From the IMG/VR virus record IMGVR_UViG_3300048060_000061, positions 39,197 through 103,196 of that record: a DNA stretch of 64,000 bases. One strand, given 5' to 3'. Of this stretch, positions 29,541 through 41,248 are shown one piece after another. Every line of letters begins with the position of its first letter. The first letter of the stretch is position 1. Both the position numbers and the translations under genes were made by a program. The notes beneath the pieces were generated by a model, which saw only the letters and a program-made list of their open reading frames with translations, was not told the origin of the DNA and searched no databases. This stretch comes from a virus. Lineage: Duplodnaviria; Caudoviricetes.

Positions 29541-30380
29541 CTATGATTTTAATTCGTACCCGTTGCCATTCTTGATGACTTCGCCTTTCCCGGCAAGTGT
29601 CCCAAGGTGACGGTAAAGTGTCCCACGCCCAATGTCCAGGCGCTTGGCCAATTGTGTCATATTCGGCTTCTCCTGGCTCAGTTCTGCGATTATATCAGGT
29701 TTAAGTGTTTCAAGGTCTTTTTTGTGAGACATTTCTGAGACAGTTGATGAGACACTTTTTGGGACACTTTGGGACACTTTCTCGACCTCAATCCGTGCCA
29801 AGTTTTCGGCATGCTTTAGGTCCGCATTTTGTTCTTTCATGCGCCGTTGATGTTCCGCATTTTGTTCTTTCATGCGCCGTTGATGTTCCGCATTAAGACG
29901 CGCTTGTTCAATGTGGAAGTCCCTTTTGGCATCGTGGACTTCTTTTGCTTCTTCTCGCGCCATGCCAATTTCTTTGGCCGATGACCGGCTCAGATAAACA
30001 ATGAGCGTCAAGAGACTGGCTACGGTCCCCACTATCTTGACATCAAAGCTGACTGTCATCAGCCATAGACCGACAATTTCAAGAAAGATGTATCCGATGA
30101 CCAGTGACCAAGGACGCCAACCGCCCGCTATGATTGCATTATGGCTTGATACTGCACCAGCCACGATTAGTGCAATGGCGACGGCGATGGCTGTCATTAG
30201 CCGAAATTCTGCCATATCAACAGGAGCGCTAACATAAAGAGCATAGCCAAAAATGATAGCCGGGCCGAGTGGGACTAACCAGGGTCCTAAACCGATAGCA
30301 GCAGCAAAAGCAAAGCTATCACTAGCTTGAATGTTGGCTATTCTGTTTTCAATGAATTTGCTGAAATTTATTGCTGACAT
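29541..30380 (-). CDS. 4-TM, coiled-coil and C-terminal HTH protein (SpdB/DUF2637-like architecture)
   Basis: Four TMs; NAEHQRRMKEQ x2; NMTQLAKRLDIGRGTLYRHL. Confidence 0.65.
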   Translation of the reverse strand: MSAINFSKFIENRIANIQASDSFAFAAAIGLGPWLVPLGPAIIFGYALYVSAPVDMAEFRLMTAIAVAIALIVAGAVSSHNAIIAGGWRPWSLVIGYIFLEIVGLWLMTVSFDVKIVGTVASLLTLIVYLSRSSAKEIGMAREEAKEVHDAKRDFHIEQARLNAEHQRRMKEQNAEHQRRMKEQNADLKHAENLARIEVEKVSQSVPKSVSSTVSEMSHKKDLETLKPDIIAELSQEKPNMTQLAKRLDIGRGTLYRHLGTLAGKGEVIKNGNGYELKS

Positions 30381-31688
30381 ATTATCTCTCTGCTACAATC
30401 TGGTTAACCGGGTTTTTATCTCTCGCCCGGCATGGCATGCGCGGTCTCTCCCCACGCATGCCATATTTTTTATCTCCAAAATACTGACAATTAGAATGAA
30501 CTTACGGCGATTTTCTTTATCTCTTTAATATTGCTAATTGCGCAGCTTTTATAGATCAGTTGGCCTATGTTTCCATATTGCAAACAGAATTTCCAGTAAC
30601 TCATGTCCTTTTATTTCTGATTTGGTCAATTTTTTCCACTGCCACAACGCTTGGCGTAAGACGTCTTTCGTGTCTGGCCACTCTCTTTGTATCTTGGCAG
30701 CCTGATCGTCTGAGATGTCCAGTGCCATCCCCGCGATTTCCTGAAAATGTGTTAATTCAGTCATTTTACACTCCTTTTTATACTTGTCTCTTGAAATTCT
30801 AATAGGTAACGGATGATCTGCGATTGTGATACATTTACTAAATCTAAGTCGCGGGCAATTTTCTTTTGCAATTCTACTACCTTCAATTTGTCTGTTTCAA
30901 AAATTCTGATAAAGGTAGTTTTTTCGCGTCTTTGGAAAACCTGTCTGAATTTTTGAAACATAAAAAAACTCACTTAATCAATGTTAACTTTGTTATCAAT
31001 GTTAACATTATATACTAGATTATTAGTATTGTCAATTACTAATTTATTTTTAGAAATTATTGTTTCAATTTTAGGGATTGGGGTGCCATTCTATTTGCTT
31101 GATCAATATCGCTGTCAACGAATCAGGGCGATGCGGGTACAGTGAACGTACTTGGGCAATAGCATCCTCATGATCTTTGGCACTGACAGTTTCCAATAGC
31201 ATTGCAGAGGATGTGACGAATACGCGGTATAGTTTGGTCGTTCGGGGGTTCCTGGACTTGGACGGTTTTGGTTTATTCTTTGACATGACATCTTCTTAAC
31301 TGATTAAATTTATTAGCGTCCCGACGACGACGATGGCCCAAAAAAGGCAGGTGGTCAGGAAGGCCAGGGCCTCATATTCATGCTGAGTCATTGACCGTAT
31401 GCCTGTGTAAATATCTCAGATAGGTATAGTATGCTGAGAGTGTCGTGTGGCTCCATTGCCGTTCGAAACAGGCAGGGCACTCGTACACGACAGCCAAATT
31501 ACTACTGGGCTTATCTGGCATCCCGAAGCCAAGGCAGTCCTGACCTAGATTATAAATACGTTTATCACTATCACATCGCCCGCAAGATGAGACGTAAGGA
31601 TTATGAACGCCAATATTTAAAACACGATGGTCTTTATCCACTTGATTTAAGTCTGTCGGTTGCCAGCCCATAATTTTGTGTTGGTCCA

Positions 31689-32255
31689 TTATACCCTCGC
31701 CTTAGTAATCCCAGTCTGGCTCTGATATTTTCCGCCTCCATCGCGCTGATGATAAGCAACATTGGCTGGGTCACTCTCGAAAAAAATGCACTGTGCAATC
31801 CCTTCGTTAGCATAAATACGGGCAGGTAGTGGTGAAGTATTGCTAATCTCAATAGTCAGATGGCCTACCCATCCAGCCTCTAATGGCGTAAAATTTGTTA
31901 TTATGCCCACGCGGGCATACGTTGATTTACCTAAGCAGATACCAACAATATTGGTCGGTATTCTAAAATATTCAATTGACCGGGCCAGAGCGAAGGAATT
32001 CGGTGGAATTGTGCAAATCGGACCTTGATAGCGATAAAGTAATTCAGGATCAAAGTTCTTGGGATCAACGACTTTGGCTCCATTACCAACATTTGTAAAA
32101 ATCTCAAATTCATTGGCTACTCTAATATCATACCCATGTCCTCCCAGCCCGTAACTAATTACGCCGTCTCGGATTTGACCAGGTATAAAAGGGCTTATGA
32201 GGGCAATACTACTCTCACACATCTTTGCTATCCACACATCATTTTTCAGGCTCAC
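31689..32255 (-). CDS. dcd: dCTP deaminase
   Basis: [28 protein letters not shown] and GKYQSQ motifs. Confidence 0.93.
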   Translation of the reverse strand: MSLKNDVWIAKMCESSIALISPFIPGQIRDGVISYGLGGHGYDIRVANEFEIFTNVGNGAKVVDPKNFDPELLYRYQGPICTIPPNSFALARSIEYFRIPTNIVGICLGKSTYARVGIITNFTPLEAGWVGHLTIEISNTSPLPARIYANEGIAQCIFFESDPANVAYHQRDGGGKYQSQTGITKARV

Positions 32256-32296
32256 TTTTCATTTCCTTTCAGTCTTTATGACACATCCTGGAGCAA

Positions 32297-32869
32297 CTAT
32301 TTGGGCAGTTTTAATGCCCTTCGATCTTTAGCTTTCATCCGTTTCTTTTTGATTTTCTTTGGCTTAGGAGCCTGAGTTAGTTTATCTCCTAGACGCCGAA
32401 AATAGCCCATTATTGCCTCAATCAAAAACACCTGATCAACAAAGCGTTCGCTTTGTTTGCTAAACTCCTTAAGCCATATCAAATCTATGGGATCTGTAAT
32501 ATATGTTTCCTGCCTACGCCAACTAAACCGATATTGTACCAGTGGTTGACCCTGATTATCAAGGTAACATCCTCTGGAACGTTTTCCACGTTTACCAACG
32601 GCTCGGATTGCTACAAATCGTCCACGATCTAAATATCTCATGATATTATTATGATCTGCCTTACTAATCCTGATACCAATAATTTCTTCTGCCGGTATGT
32701 CAAGCAGAGGATGACCAACCAAGATCTGGTCAACGTGTCGCAGTTTTATAATCTGGTCAATGGGTATAAAAATCGTGAAATATTTACCAGCAGGATCCGG
32801 AGACGGGGCTGGGGAGACACTAACTAGCATGGCATGAGGGCGACCTTGTTTATCTTTATCTATTTGCAT
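32297..32869 (-). CDS. Hypothetical protein
   Basis: 190-aa ORF in the replication operon. Confidence 0.6.
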   Translation of the reverse strand: MQIDKDKQGRPHAMLVSVSPAPSPDPAGKYFTIFIPIDQIIKLRHVDQILVGHPLLDIPAEEIIGIRISKADHNNIMRYLDRGRFVAIRAVGKRGKRSRGCYLDNQGQPLVQYRFSWRRQETYITDPIDLIWLKEFSKQSERFVDQVFLIEAIMGYFRRLGDKLTQAPKPKKIKKKRMKAKDRRALKLPK

Positions 32870-33156
32870 TTTTCAATTCCTTTCAGTCTTTATGACACAT
32901 CCTATGCCATCCCAATACAAAAATGATTTGGTACGTTGGTTAAGCCTGGCACAATACAACTGGCCAGGGTCGACTTTTTGGCTTTGGATATAGGCCGATA
33001 GAATAAATGTAGCCAACATTATCATTAGGAAAATAAGAAGCAATTTGCGTTGCGAAATGCCTGGACCGGTATCTGCAATAACTGAGAAGGATCTATTTCT
33101 TTGCATTTTCAAATTCTTTCGTGAATTTGGTATGGTGTTTTTTCTAAATTCTATGC

Positions 33157-33867
33157 TCATTTAAATAAATCCTTACTATTAACACAACGTTTAGAACCAT
33201 CTGGATATTTTATGAAAGTCCTATTACCATTTATACTTAAGCCAATTACTTCTACTTTTTTATCATAAAAACGCATTTGGCGAGGTTTAATAGTATTAAA
33301 TAATGACAACTGTCCATCTTCATAACGCTGGATTTTCCCGAATGTGATTTGTTGTCCAATATTCAATCCCCAAGTAAACCAGGCCACAGGAAATTTAGCC
33401 CCACCCCCTCCATATTTCTTATAAGGCATTTTGAAATTTATACGCTTATCTAACAAAATGACTTCGATCCCGTATCGCTCAAAAAGTCTTTGGCCCTTTA
33501 CAGCCCCCATAGTTTCTAGGGGAAGCAATAGAGCAAATGGTTTTTCAAGCTCGTAACATCGTTCCAGCCATTGGTATTTTATACTATATGGCGGATTTGT
33601 TACCTGCAAATCATATTGAGGTGGAATATATTCAAAAAAGTTCTGGCCTGTAAGTATATCACCAGCTATAACATCAAGCCCAGTTAATTCTAGCTTAGTA
33701 ACAATATGCCCATCTCCAGCAGCTGGCTCCCAAATAATACCTTGTGGCAGATAAGGAATCAATGGATCTAAGGCATAAAAAGGAGTTTGACACTGGTCAA
33801 AAGTTTTCGATTTCTTAATAGAACCTTTCTGATTTCGTTTAGGTTTCACGTTTCGTTTAGGTTTCAC
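33157..33867 (-). CDS. Phage N6-adenine-type DNA methyltransferase-like protein
   Basis: IWEPAAGDG and TNPPYS motifs. Confidence 0.75.
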   Translation of the reverse strand: MKPKRNVKPKRNQKGSIKKSKTFDQCQTPFYALDPLIPYLPQGIIWEPAAGDGHIVTKLELTGLDVIAGDILTGQNFFEYIPPQYDLQVTNPPYSIKYQWLERCYELEKPFALLLPLETMGAVKGQRLFERYGIEVILLDKRINFKMPYKKYGGGGAKFPVAWFTWGLNIGQQITFGKIQRYEDGQLSLFNTIKPRQMRFYDKKVEVIGLSINGNRTFIKYPDGSKRCVNSKDLFK

Positions 33868-34309
33868 GAAATTCCACCTTTGCCCTAACTAATCTAGTTA
33901 CATCTTCCACGCATCCCTGCGTATCCCACCAAATCCGGTCACTTGTAAATCTGATCACGATCCAGCCCTGACACATCAAGTCTAAATCGCGGCTATTATC
34001 CGCGTTTATTTGCACTTCAGTACAATGATATTCGTAGCTATCACATTCTATGGCTACTTTGAATTTATCTCCTACAAGAGCAAAATTCAGGCAGTATGCC
34101 CCAGCTTTTACCTGCGGGATAAATTCACCCAACTTTGACAGTTCTACGTATCCAGCTGCCCAGAATATTTGTTCAATCGGCGACTGGCACCGACGCCCCA
34201 GGGTAATGAGTTTATTATTTTGAATTATTAATGTAGCTTGATTGAGTAGTTTATCCTTTTGTGCCAGTCGCCGGGCCAATGTTTCATTTGAAAGTTTGGT
34301 TAATATCAT
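33857..34309 (-). CDS. DUF559/Vsr-like endonuclease
   Basis: SPIE, VAIECDSYEYH and GWIVIRFT. Confidence 0.75.
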   Translation of the reverse strand: MILTKLSNETLARRLAQKDKLLNQATLIIQNNKLITLGRRCQSPIEQIFWAAGYVELSKLGEFIPQVKAGAYCLNFALVGDKFKVAIECDSYEYHCTEVQINADNSRDLDLMCQGWIVIRFTSDRIWWDTQGCVEDVTRLVRAKVEFRET

Positions 34310-35313
34310 TCTATTGCCTCATGTTGTATTGGAGCAATTTGATTTTTTGCAAAATCAATATGGCATAGCCAGCTTTTACCACTTGGTAAGCCTGGCTTTT
34401 GTTTTAATACCTTCATCAATAGTTGATTTTCTTCCACTGTGAATAAATATTGTCCATTGTGACGTATCTCAGTTCCAAGCGGATAACTCATTTTTGGCAT
34501 CCACTGGCTCATAATGCGGTCGGCACGTTCGCTAATCTCGCTGGCTTCCTTACCGTCATATAGGCCCGGTATCATTAGCTGGCCAATTGCGCCATCAAGT
34601 TTCTGTTTGGCCTGGACTGCTACCCAGACCGGGCAATTGAAATAAGCTGCTGCTTGTCGCAAACGATACACGTCTGATCTGACTTGCAAGCGTCTTTGAT
34701 CAAGATGCATTCCTCTTTTTCTGGTTTCTTCATCAAATGGGAATGCCTGAAGGTAATCAAAAAATAGACCAGCTATTGTTAGTGGCTGCTCGGTTACCTC
34801 GCCAGACTGTAAAATCTTGATTGACCGTATCATGTTTGATATAGTTAAATTGGGAAAATCATCAGCGCGAGCGATGCTTTCACCAATACGGTAAATAGGA
34901 ATTGATCCTATCTTGATTGCCGCCCGATCCAAGAGATTCCAATCTTGAATTTGACCTCGTGCCAATTTCCCGGCGCTTTCTCCCATCTCACGCCCCAAGA
35001 GCAAAAATGCTTGTTCTTCAATATTTTCCTCAACAGAGATATGAATGATCACCTCATTTTGGCGTCCCTGGGCCTCTAATTGCCGCGCCGCTACTGTTTC
35101 TAGATAGTGAAGCATCCCTGTTTTGTAGTTCGATGTCTGGGCAAAGAGCATAGCTAATTGCCCAGGGCGTACAGGGGCAAAATAATCTCTGACACCCGAA
35201 ATACCAACGCCTAACCCGCGCCGCTCATTTTCCTTGACCGCCTGGATAGCTTGTCGGCCGTAGGTGGCCACTTCTGGCGGCGTATATACTGCTGTTTTGG
35301 GATCAAAAGTCAT
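34306..35313 (-). CDS. DnaB-like replicative helicase
   Basis: Walker A-like AQTSNYKT, ISVEE, FDYLQ, VAVQ, ISERAD; next to the primase. Confidence 0.75.
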   Translation of the reverse strand: MTFDPKTAVYTPPEVATYGRQAIQAVKENERRGLGVGISGVRDYFAPVRPGQLAMLFAQTSNYKTGMLHYLETVAARQLEAQGRQNEVIIHISVEENIEEQAFLLLGREMGESAGKLARGQIQDWNLLDRAAIKIGSIPIYRIGESIARADDFPNLTISNMIRSIKILQSGEVTEQPLTIAGLFFDYLQAFPFDEETRKRGMHLDQRRLQVRSDVYRLRQAAAYFNCPVWVAVQAKQKLDGAIGQLMIPGLYDGKEASEISERADRIMSQWMPKMSYPLGTEIRHNGQYLFTVEENQLLMKVLKQKPGLPSGKSWLCHIDFAKNQIAPIQHEAIE

Positions 35314-35801
35314 ACTAACCCCCTAACCAGGTTTATTACTTCAGCTACGCAGCCCTGCACGTCTCCATAAATTTCCTGTCCAGTGAAACGGATAACTTGC
35401 CAGCCATTAAGCTGTAATTGGCGCTGGCGTTTATAGTCACTTGTCATCTGCTCCTGGCGGCAATGATAGTCGTGGCCGTCTAGCTCTATAGCTACCTTGA
35501 AACCATTATTAACCAGAGTAAAATCAACCCGATAACGGTTGACGTTGACTTGAGGGGTTAGATGGCCATATTTAGATAGCTCAAAGTAAGCCGCGTTCCA
35601 AAAGATACGCTCAATTGGGCTTTCAAGGCGCCGAGCGAGTCGATCAAACCGCTTATGGTCATAATCCAATGGGCGATATAGGCCCAAATTTTCTAAAATC
35701 TTAAGACCTATCATATCACCCTCCCGCTTTCCAAATATTGGACAAACTGTGTCGTTGTCCCCCCGTAGAGAGTGAAAAAATCGTCTGGCTTGGTCGGACA
35801 T
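35310..35801 (-). CDS. DUF559/Vsr-like endonuclease (paralog)
   Basis: YRVDF, VAIELDGHDYH and GWQVIRFTG. Confidence 0.8.
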   Translation of the reverse strand: MSDQARRFFHSLRGDNDTVCPIFGKREGDMIGLKILENLGLYRPLDYDHKRFDRLARRLESPIERIFWNAAYFELSKYGHLTPQVNVNRYRVDFTLVNNGFKVAIELDGHDYHCRQEQMTSDYKRQRQLQLNGWQVIRFTGQEIYGDVQGCVAEVINLVRGLV

Positions 35802-36625
35802 GAAACGAGGCGAGTTTTGATACCCGCCCCGCTCAACATTTTGCCTATTTTCAGCGCCTGAACTTCGGCCCCTGGATCAAGTGCCACATAGACTACCTGG
35901 TCTTTTGAGAACAATTTTAGCCATTTTTCTTTGAAAATATTTGCCCCTGGAATAGCAATAGCAGATATACCGTATTGAACCAATACCATTGCCTTGAATT
36001 CGCCTTCAACCAGTACGATCCAGTCGAATTCATTGATGACACTGGCGTTAAAAATGGCCGTGGGGAGGCCACTGGCTTCTGGTCGATACTTTCCGTTACC
36101 GTTGGGATTTATTAGCCTGTGGCGTAAATTTATGAGGTTGTCAGCCCAATAATAGGGAATAGTAAAACTGTCAGAATAGGCAGAAGTGGGACAAGACCGG
36201 CAATATCCTACTCTGAACTGGTCTATAGTTTCTTGTGCCAATCCCCACCGCGATTGAAGTACACTCGCTTGTCCGTTCAAGTTGCGATGATAAATAATGT
36301 CTGGACGCCTGGCTTGTAAACGCTCCAAAGCCGTTCGTTTGCGATCTATCTCCGCTTGTCTGGCTTGCTGCTTGCGCCGATCAATGTCGGCCCGCCGATC
36401 ATCAGTTAATGAACTTTGCGCTTCCTGATTGACAAAACCGGATAGCTCGCATTTCCTGCACCAAAAATTACCGTCATCAGGCCAAAAAAGAAATCTATCC
36501 TTGCCTGAGCACTGCGGACAGGCCGATGACCATTCTTTGGATGATTTAATTTTATGGTTCGGTAAGTGTTCTATGTCAATCGTCGATAATTTGACAGTGT
36601 TACGTAAAGGTGATACTATATTCAT
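35711..36625 (-). CDS. Primase (Zn-binding domain plus TOPRIM)
   Basis: CPQCSGKDRF...CRKC; VEGEFKA; ALDP. Confidence 0.85.
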   Translation of the reverse strand: MNIVSPLRNTVKLSTIDIEHLPNHKIKSSKEWSSACPQCSGKDRFLFWPDDGNFWCRKCELSGFVNQEAQSSLTDDRRADIDRRKQQARQAEIDRKRTALERLQARRPDIIYHRNLNGQASVLQSRWGLAQETIDQFRVGYCRSCPTSAYSDSFTIPYYWADNLINLRHRLINPNGNGKYRPEASGLPTAIFNASVINEFDWIVLVEGEFKAMVLVQYGISAIAIPGANIFKEKWLKLFSKDQVVYVALDPGAEVQALKIGKMLSGAGIKTRLVSCPTKPDDFFTLYGGTTTQFVQYLESGRVI

Positions 36626-36699
36626 AGCTTAAGGTTCCTTTCTAACCGGGGTAGGTTAGTTAATATAAGATCACGGCCCGAACCGTGATCTTTTGCTTT

Positions 36700-37719
36700 T
36701 TATATGTAAAATCCTTTTCCCAAATCTATTTCTTGGGTTGGCTGTGCTGTTTCATTTGCTACCTCTGGAAGTGCCCACTTCGTAAGTGACCCTGGTCGCC
36801 AGAATGATAATTGAGCATCACTCATTTTTATAGTAGCCTTTTTGTAGAATAATGACAACTTTTCAAGGCTGTAGTTTTTGAGGTGGTCAGAAACTGCCTT
36901 ATACCAGTCCTTGCGGGTGGGTGTATCATTGGGTAATACAAATCCCGAATGATGTGATCTCACAGCTTGTACAAAATATATAATGGCCGTTTCTACATCC
37001 GGGCTATGGATATGCCAGCCAGCGGTATTAATTTCTTGTCGGATAGCGTAAATGTCTGGATCTACTTGATCAGGCAAGACGCCGAATGTTCGAAGGTGGG
37101 CTTTATCTGCTTCGGAAGGTTTGGGTTTGCCATTTTTGGGCAGGTTATCAGGAGGGGATTGGTTTCCAAAAAAGTCGGAAAAATCATCTGTGCCGCTTTG
37201 CGGCATTTGTTTTTCAGTAGTTTCTGTAGTAGTCTTTGTTAAGGGTCTTCCCCTTTGGGTAATTGCGGGTTTGACCTTTGGTAAAACCCGGTCTTCCCCT
37301 TTGGGTAATTGCGGGTTTGACCTTTGGGTAATTGCGGGCAGCTCAAGTTGAGCTTGCCACAATTCCATAAACCGGTTATATTCTAGGCGGATATGAACCA
37401 TCCGTAATCCACCGAATCTAAAATGATCCTTGGTTATGATCCTTTGGTCAATCAAGATATTTGAGGCCCGATCAAATTGTTTGGCTGTGATGCGTATTTC
37501 GCACCACCAGTTATCTCTGGCTTTGGCTATCCAGAGATGACCGTCTTTTTGTACTCTCAATTTGGTTTTTCCGTGTTCGTCGGGAAGATACCAATAAATA
37601 ATCTGGCTCAGTAATAGACCTGCTATTAGGTCGCCAGCGATGTCAACATAGACCTTTTTGAAGTCAATTGTATCGCGGCTCTTGGCCTCCCAGAGTAAAA
37701 ATTTATCAAAATCTGTCAT
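36700..37719 (-). CDS. Replication initiator protein
   Basis: AGLLLSQIIYW wHTH N-terminus; internal iterons. Confidence 0.75.
   Translation of the reverse strand: MTDFDKFLLWEAKSRDTIDFKKVYVDIAGDLIAGLLLSQIIYWYLPDEHGKTKLRVQKDGHLWIAKARDNWWCEIRITAKQFDRASNILIDQRIITKDHFRFGGLRMVHIRLEYNRFMELWQAQLELPAITQRSNPQLPKGEDRVLPKVKPAITQRGRPLTKTTTETTEKQMPQSGTDDFSDFFGNQSPPDNLPKNGKPKPSEADKAHLRTFGVLPDQVDPDIYAIRQEINTAGWHIHSPDVETAIIYFVQAVRSHHSGFVLPNDTPTRKDWYKAVSDHLKNYSLEKLSLFYKKATIKMSDAQLSFWRPGSLTKWALPEVANETAQPTQEIDLGKGFYI
37252..37338. repeat. Iterons/putative replication origin
   Basis: CCTTTGGGTAATTGCGGG-type units at 37252, 37275, 37298 and 37321 (23-bp period). Confidence 0.75.
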
Positions 37720-37760
37720 TAGGTTCCTCTTGAAATCTGATTATTATTATTTTCATAGTT

Positions 37761-40700
37761 CTATTCCTTCCGCCCGCTTGTAAGACGTGCCAACGCTTGT
37801 TCAGCCGCAATTTTCATTTGTGAACCAACTTTATCAGGATCATAATCAGATTTATCCTTTGATTCTTGATTTACCTCAAGCAGCTTCAATTCTTCGATTT
37901 TATTACGAATTACCTTCGCGCTCTCAACAAACTCACTAAAATGATCCCAGTCTACTTCCTCGAAAGATAACTGCCATCTAAGATCACCTTTAATCAATTC
38001 AAGATGGTCTATTAACTCTTGGATATATTGCGTGGTTTCCATAATTTTATCCTTTCACCCTTTCTCTGGTCCAAATTTCTTGTGAGCCGCCCTAGTCGCA
38101 ATGATATCAGCCATAAACTCATAGTCCGGTCGATATCGGTTTGCATTTTTGGCAATTACAACTCCCTCTCCAAATGTTAGAAGTAGGTTGCAATTAACCA
38201 GACTTTCTATAAATTTTTCGATTTCAGGATGCAATAGTATTTCAATGATCATGTTTTTCCTTTCTGGGGCAATAAAAAAACCGCTTTGAAATCATTTCAA
38301 CCAAAGTAAAAGCTCCTATCTTCGGGGCATTGCTGGTTGGCGGCTCACCTCATAACTGGCTAGGTAGATATGAATTGAGTTTACCAGCAACCCCCCCAAA
38401 ATAGGAGCTTGCTTCCTAGCCTGATAACTATTCGCCGCCGCCAAACGGACTAAATTATTAATCTCAGTATAACACATTTCCATCATCTTTGCAACTAACT
38501 AACTCCCCATCCTTGCTCCACTAAAAGCTACTTAAGAATATTAGTCTGCCCTGCTATCCTTTATAGCATCTCATTTCTGCACCTGCCTTGAATTCTTTAG
38601 GATAGGTAACCCTAAACCATTCAATGGCCTCTGCATCATCCTTAAACCATTCTATATCGGTTATACGTTTTCCTCTCAACGTAAAAAATGAATAGGGAAA
38701 CGTAGACTGTCCTATAACTGTCCCTCTTACAACTTCTATCATTCTCAGTCCCTTTCGCCTTGGGTAACAAAAAACCACTTATGGACTTTAATCTATCTGC
38801 TTAACTGAATCAGCATCAACTTCTTTAATCTCTGGTATCTCTACCTCTGCGGTAACCCAGAAGTAATTTTCACCATAGCCAATGTTATCAGCAACCATAT
38901 CCTTTAAATCATCCTCATTGGCTTCTGACCAACCACCAGCACACCAATTCCCATCAAGGTCAATCCCTACCATTATTTTAATCTTCTTGAAAATCGCCAT
39001 TATTTATCCTTTCACTCACTCTAGAGTATCAAAAAACCACTTATAATTTTTTAGTTTGCCAATAATCATGAGCCAAATTCCTTCTTCGCTCATGGTGTAA
39101 TTCCCTTATATTAGAACCAAAAACTTTATCTTTGTATCTGAGAATAGCCCACAATTTTCGTATTGTTGGCCCATCCTCTTTTCTGGGCACAAAGTTTTTC
39201 CATACCTTGTACTTCAACACCGGAATATTCCCTGGCGAAAATTCTAAAACCTGCCCATCTCGGTCAACAGGAGATGGCCCAAAGTTGTTCATCTCTTTCA
39301 TCCTTTCGCCCACTCTGGGGTATTAAATTCGGCCCAAGTTTGCGTGTTGCTCTGCCCAATCCATTTCTTCATTTTCATCTTCATCATCGTCTGGACAGCC
39401 ACAGCTAATTAATTGTCCTCCACATTTCGGACATATCTCCATATCACAACCGGGATGATGATATCCGCCGGGCTTGACATTGCAATCGTGACAATTATCT
39501 CTTGCATAATATACAATCGAAGGCATTGGTTGACCATCAGGAAAGTGAACAAATTCAATAGTACATGAATTTACATCTAACATTTCTTGTCTACACCAGT
39601 CACATTTTGCCATCATTCGTCCTTTCGCCCCTAATGGCCTCATTTCATTAAACTCTTTTTGTCAAACTTCTCTCGGCTTGCACTTGCATCCAATCTTCGT
39701 AATCATCGGCTGCTGACTGGGCCTCATAGCAATGCTCGCAAATATCAATATCTTCATCTTCCCAAACGAATGTCATTTTACCGCAGTCAATACAGACGAT
39801 ACGTCTTGAGCAGGGAATTTTCTGGAGTGTTATGTTTAATTCATAGCCTAAAATAGTTATCTTCACAATCCTATCCTTTCATAGACACTTAATCCCACCC
39901 CTCATCATCTTCGATGAAGTATGGCGGCGTTCTTGTCCTGATACCAACTTCAGTCTTAATAGTTGGCGCTGCTGTCCACAAAACAGCGTTAATATTTTTT
40001 TCTATTTGATCAATGAATTCCTTCATTTGACCAGTGCTTTGAAGGTGGCTCAATAGGCCCACCGCCTCTTGTAATTGATCAGCCTCTTGTTCTGTCAGTC
40101 TGTTTCCGTGCAATTCATCTTCCATCGGTCAGTACTATCCTTTCGCCCGCTCCAGTACTCCAAGTTTTTCCAGTAGTTCTCTTATCTTGGCGTAATACGT
40201 TTTCTTCACCCGCTCAAATTCGCTTGATAAATTCAGTGAATGGCTCGCCATGTCGTCAAGCCTTTCTCCAAATTCGATATGACATTTCATGATTTCATTT
40301 AAAATTTCACTACGTTCCATCAGTGCTATCCTATCCCTTCGCGCTTTTCAACCGCTAAACATTCTACAGTTTGATCAAAAAACAATCGTATACCGTCAGG
40401 AGTTTCAAATTCCCTCGTTGTCTGGTCCCCCTTGTGAGCTATATCAATTCGGCCACGAATCCGAATTGGTATTTCGTCAGGTAATAGGTCGAATATCTGC
40501 GCGTCCAGCCCTAGCCCCTTCTGAAGACCTTCCATTCTTAAATTTAATGCTTCTGTCAAAATCATAGTTCGTCCTTATCGCCCGTAGCAATTCACACAGT
40601 ATAAACTATCACAATCTTTAGTTAATTTAGTTCCGCAATCATCACAGTAATCAGGAAGTAAATCAAGGGCATTTCTAATAGCTGCGCTTTGTTGAATTGC

Positions 40701-40886
40701 AATTCGACTATCACCTGCGCCAGCCAATTTATAGAGTGAAATTAATTCATGAACACATTCTAAAATTACATTTTCTGTATTATCCATCTTTTCCGCCTTT
40801 CGCCCGCTTTGGGCATAACCACTATTCGCCGCTAATCTTGATTTGATAAGCCCTTTGTCGGAATTCAATATGAAATAAACGGCCAC
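37761..40886 (-). other. Cluster of about a dozen small hypothetical ORFs, several with CxxC motifs
   Basis: Tightly packed 60-106 aa ORFs, many with AAAGGA RBS. Confidence 0.6.
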
Positions 40887-40894
40887 TAAGACAC

Positions 40895-41089
40895 CTAATT
40901 TTTTTCCAGCTTGATGACCAATTGATAGCCCATTGCCGACATAATCCGGCGCAACACTCCTAATGTAACCCGTTCTGGATTTTTACGCACATTATAAATT
41001 GTGTTTCGGCTAACGCCGGACACAGCAGCCACATTTGTATAGGTTTCAGTTTTGCTCATACTATTGAACGCTTCTAATATTTCATTCAT
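40895..41089 (-). CDS. XRE/Cro-like HTH regulator
   Basis: YTNVAAVSGVSRNTIYNV...VTLGVLRRIMSAMG. Confidence 0.75.
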   Translation of the reverse strand: MNEILEAFNSMSKTETYTNVAAVSGVSRNTIYNVRKNPERVTLGVLRRIMSAMGYQLVIKLEKN

Positions 41090-41172
41090 AATATTGCCTC
41101 CTTAATTAATAATATACCAGTTCAATAGATTTGTCAAGCTGAAAACTGGTTCGATCAATTTGACTAATATAT

Positions 41173-41248
41173 TTGACACCTAATCGAAAATATGATACAA
41201 TATACTTAGATTTGAGAAGCAGGACCTAGCAAGCAAAGGAAGCAAAAA
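41173..41248 (+). promoter_or_regulatory. Rightward early promoter with conserved leader
   Basis: TTGACA-17-TACAAT, then AGATTTGAGAAGCAGGACCTAGC...AAAGGA. Confidence 0.7.
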
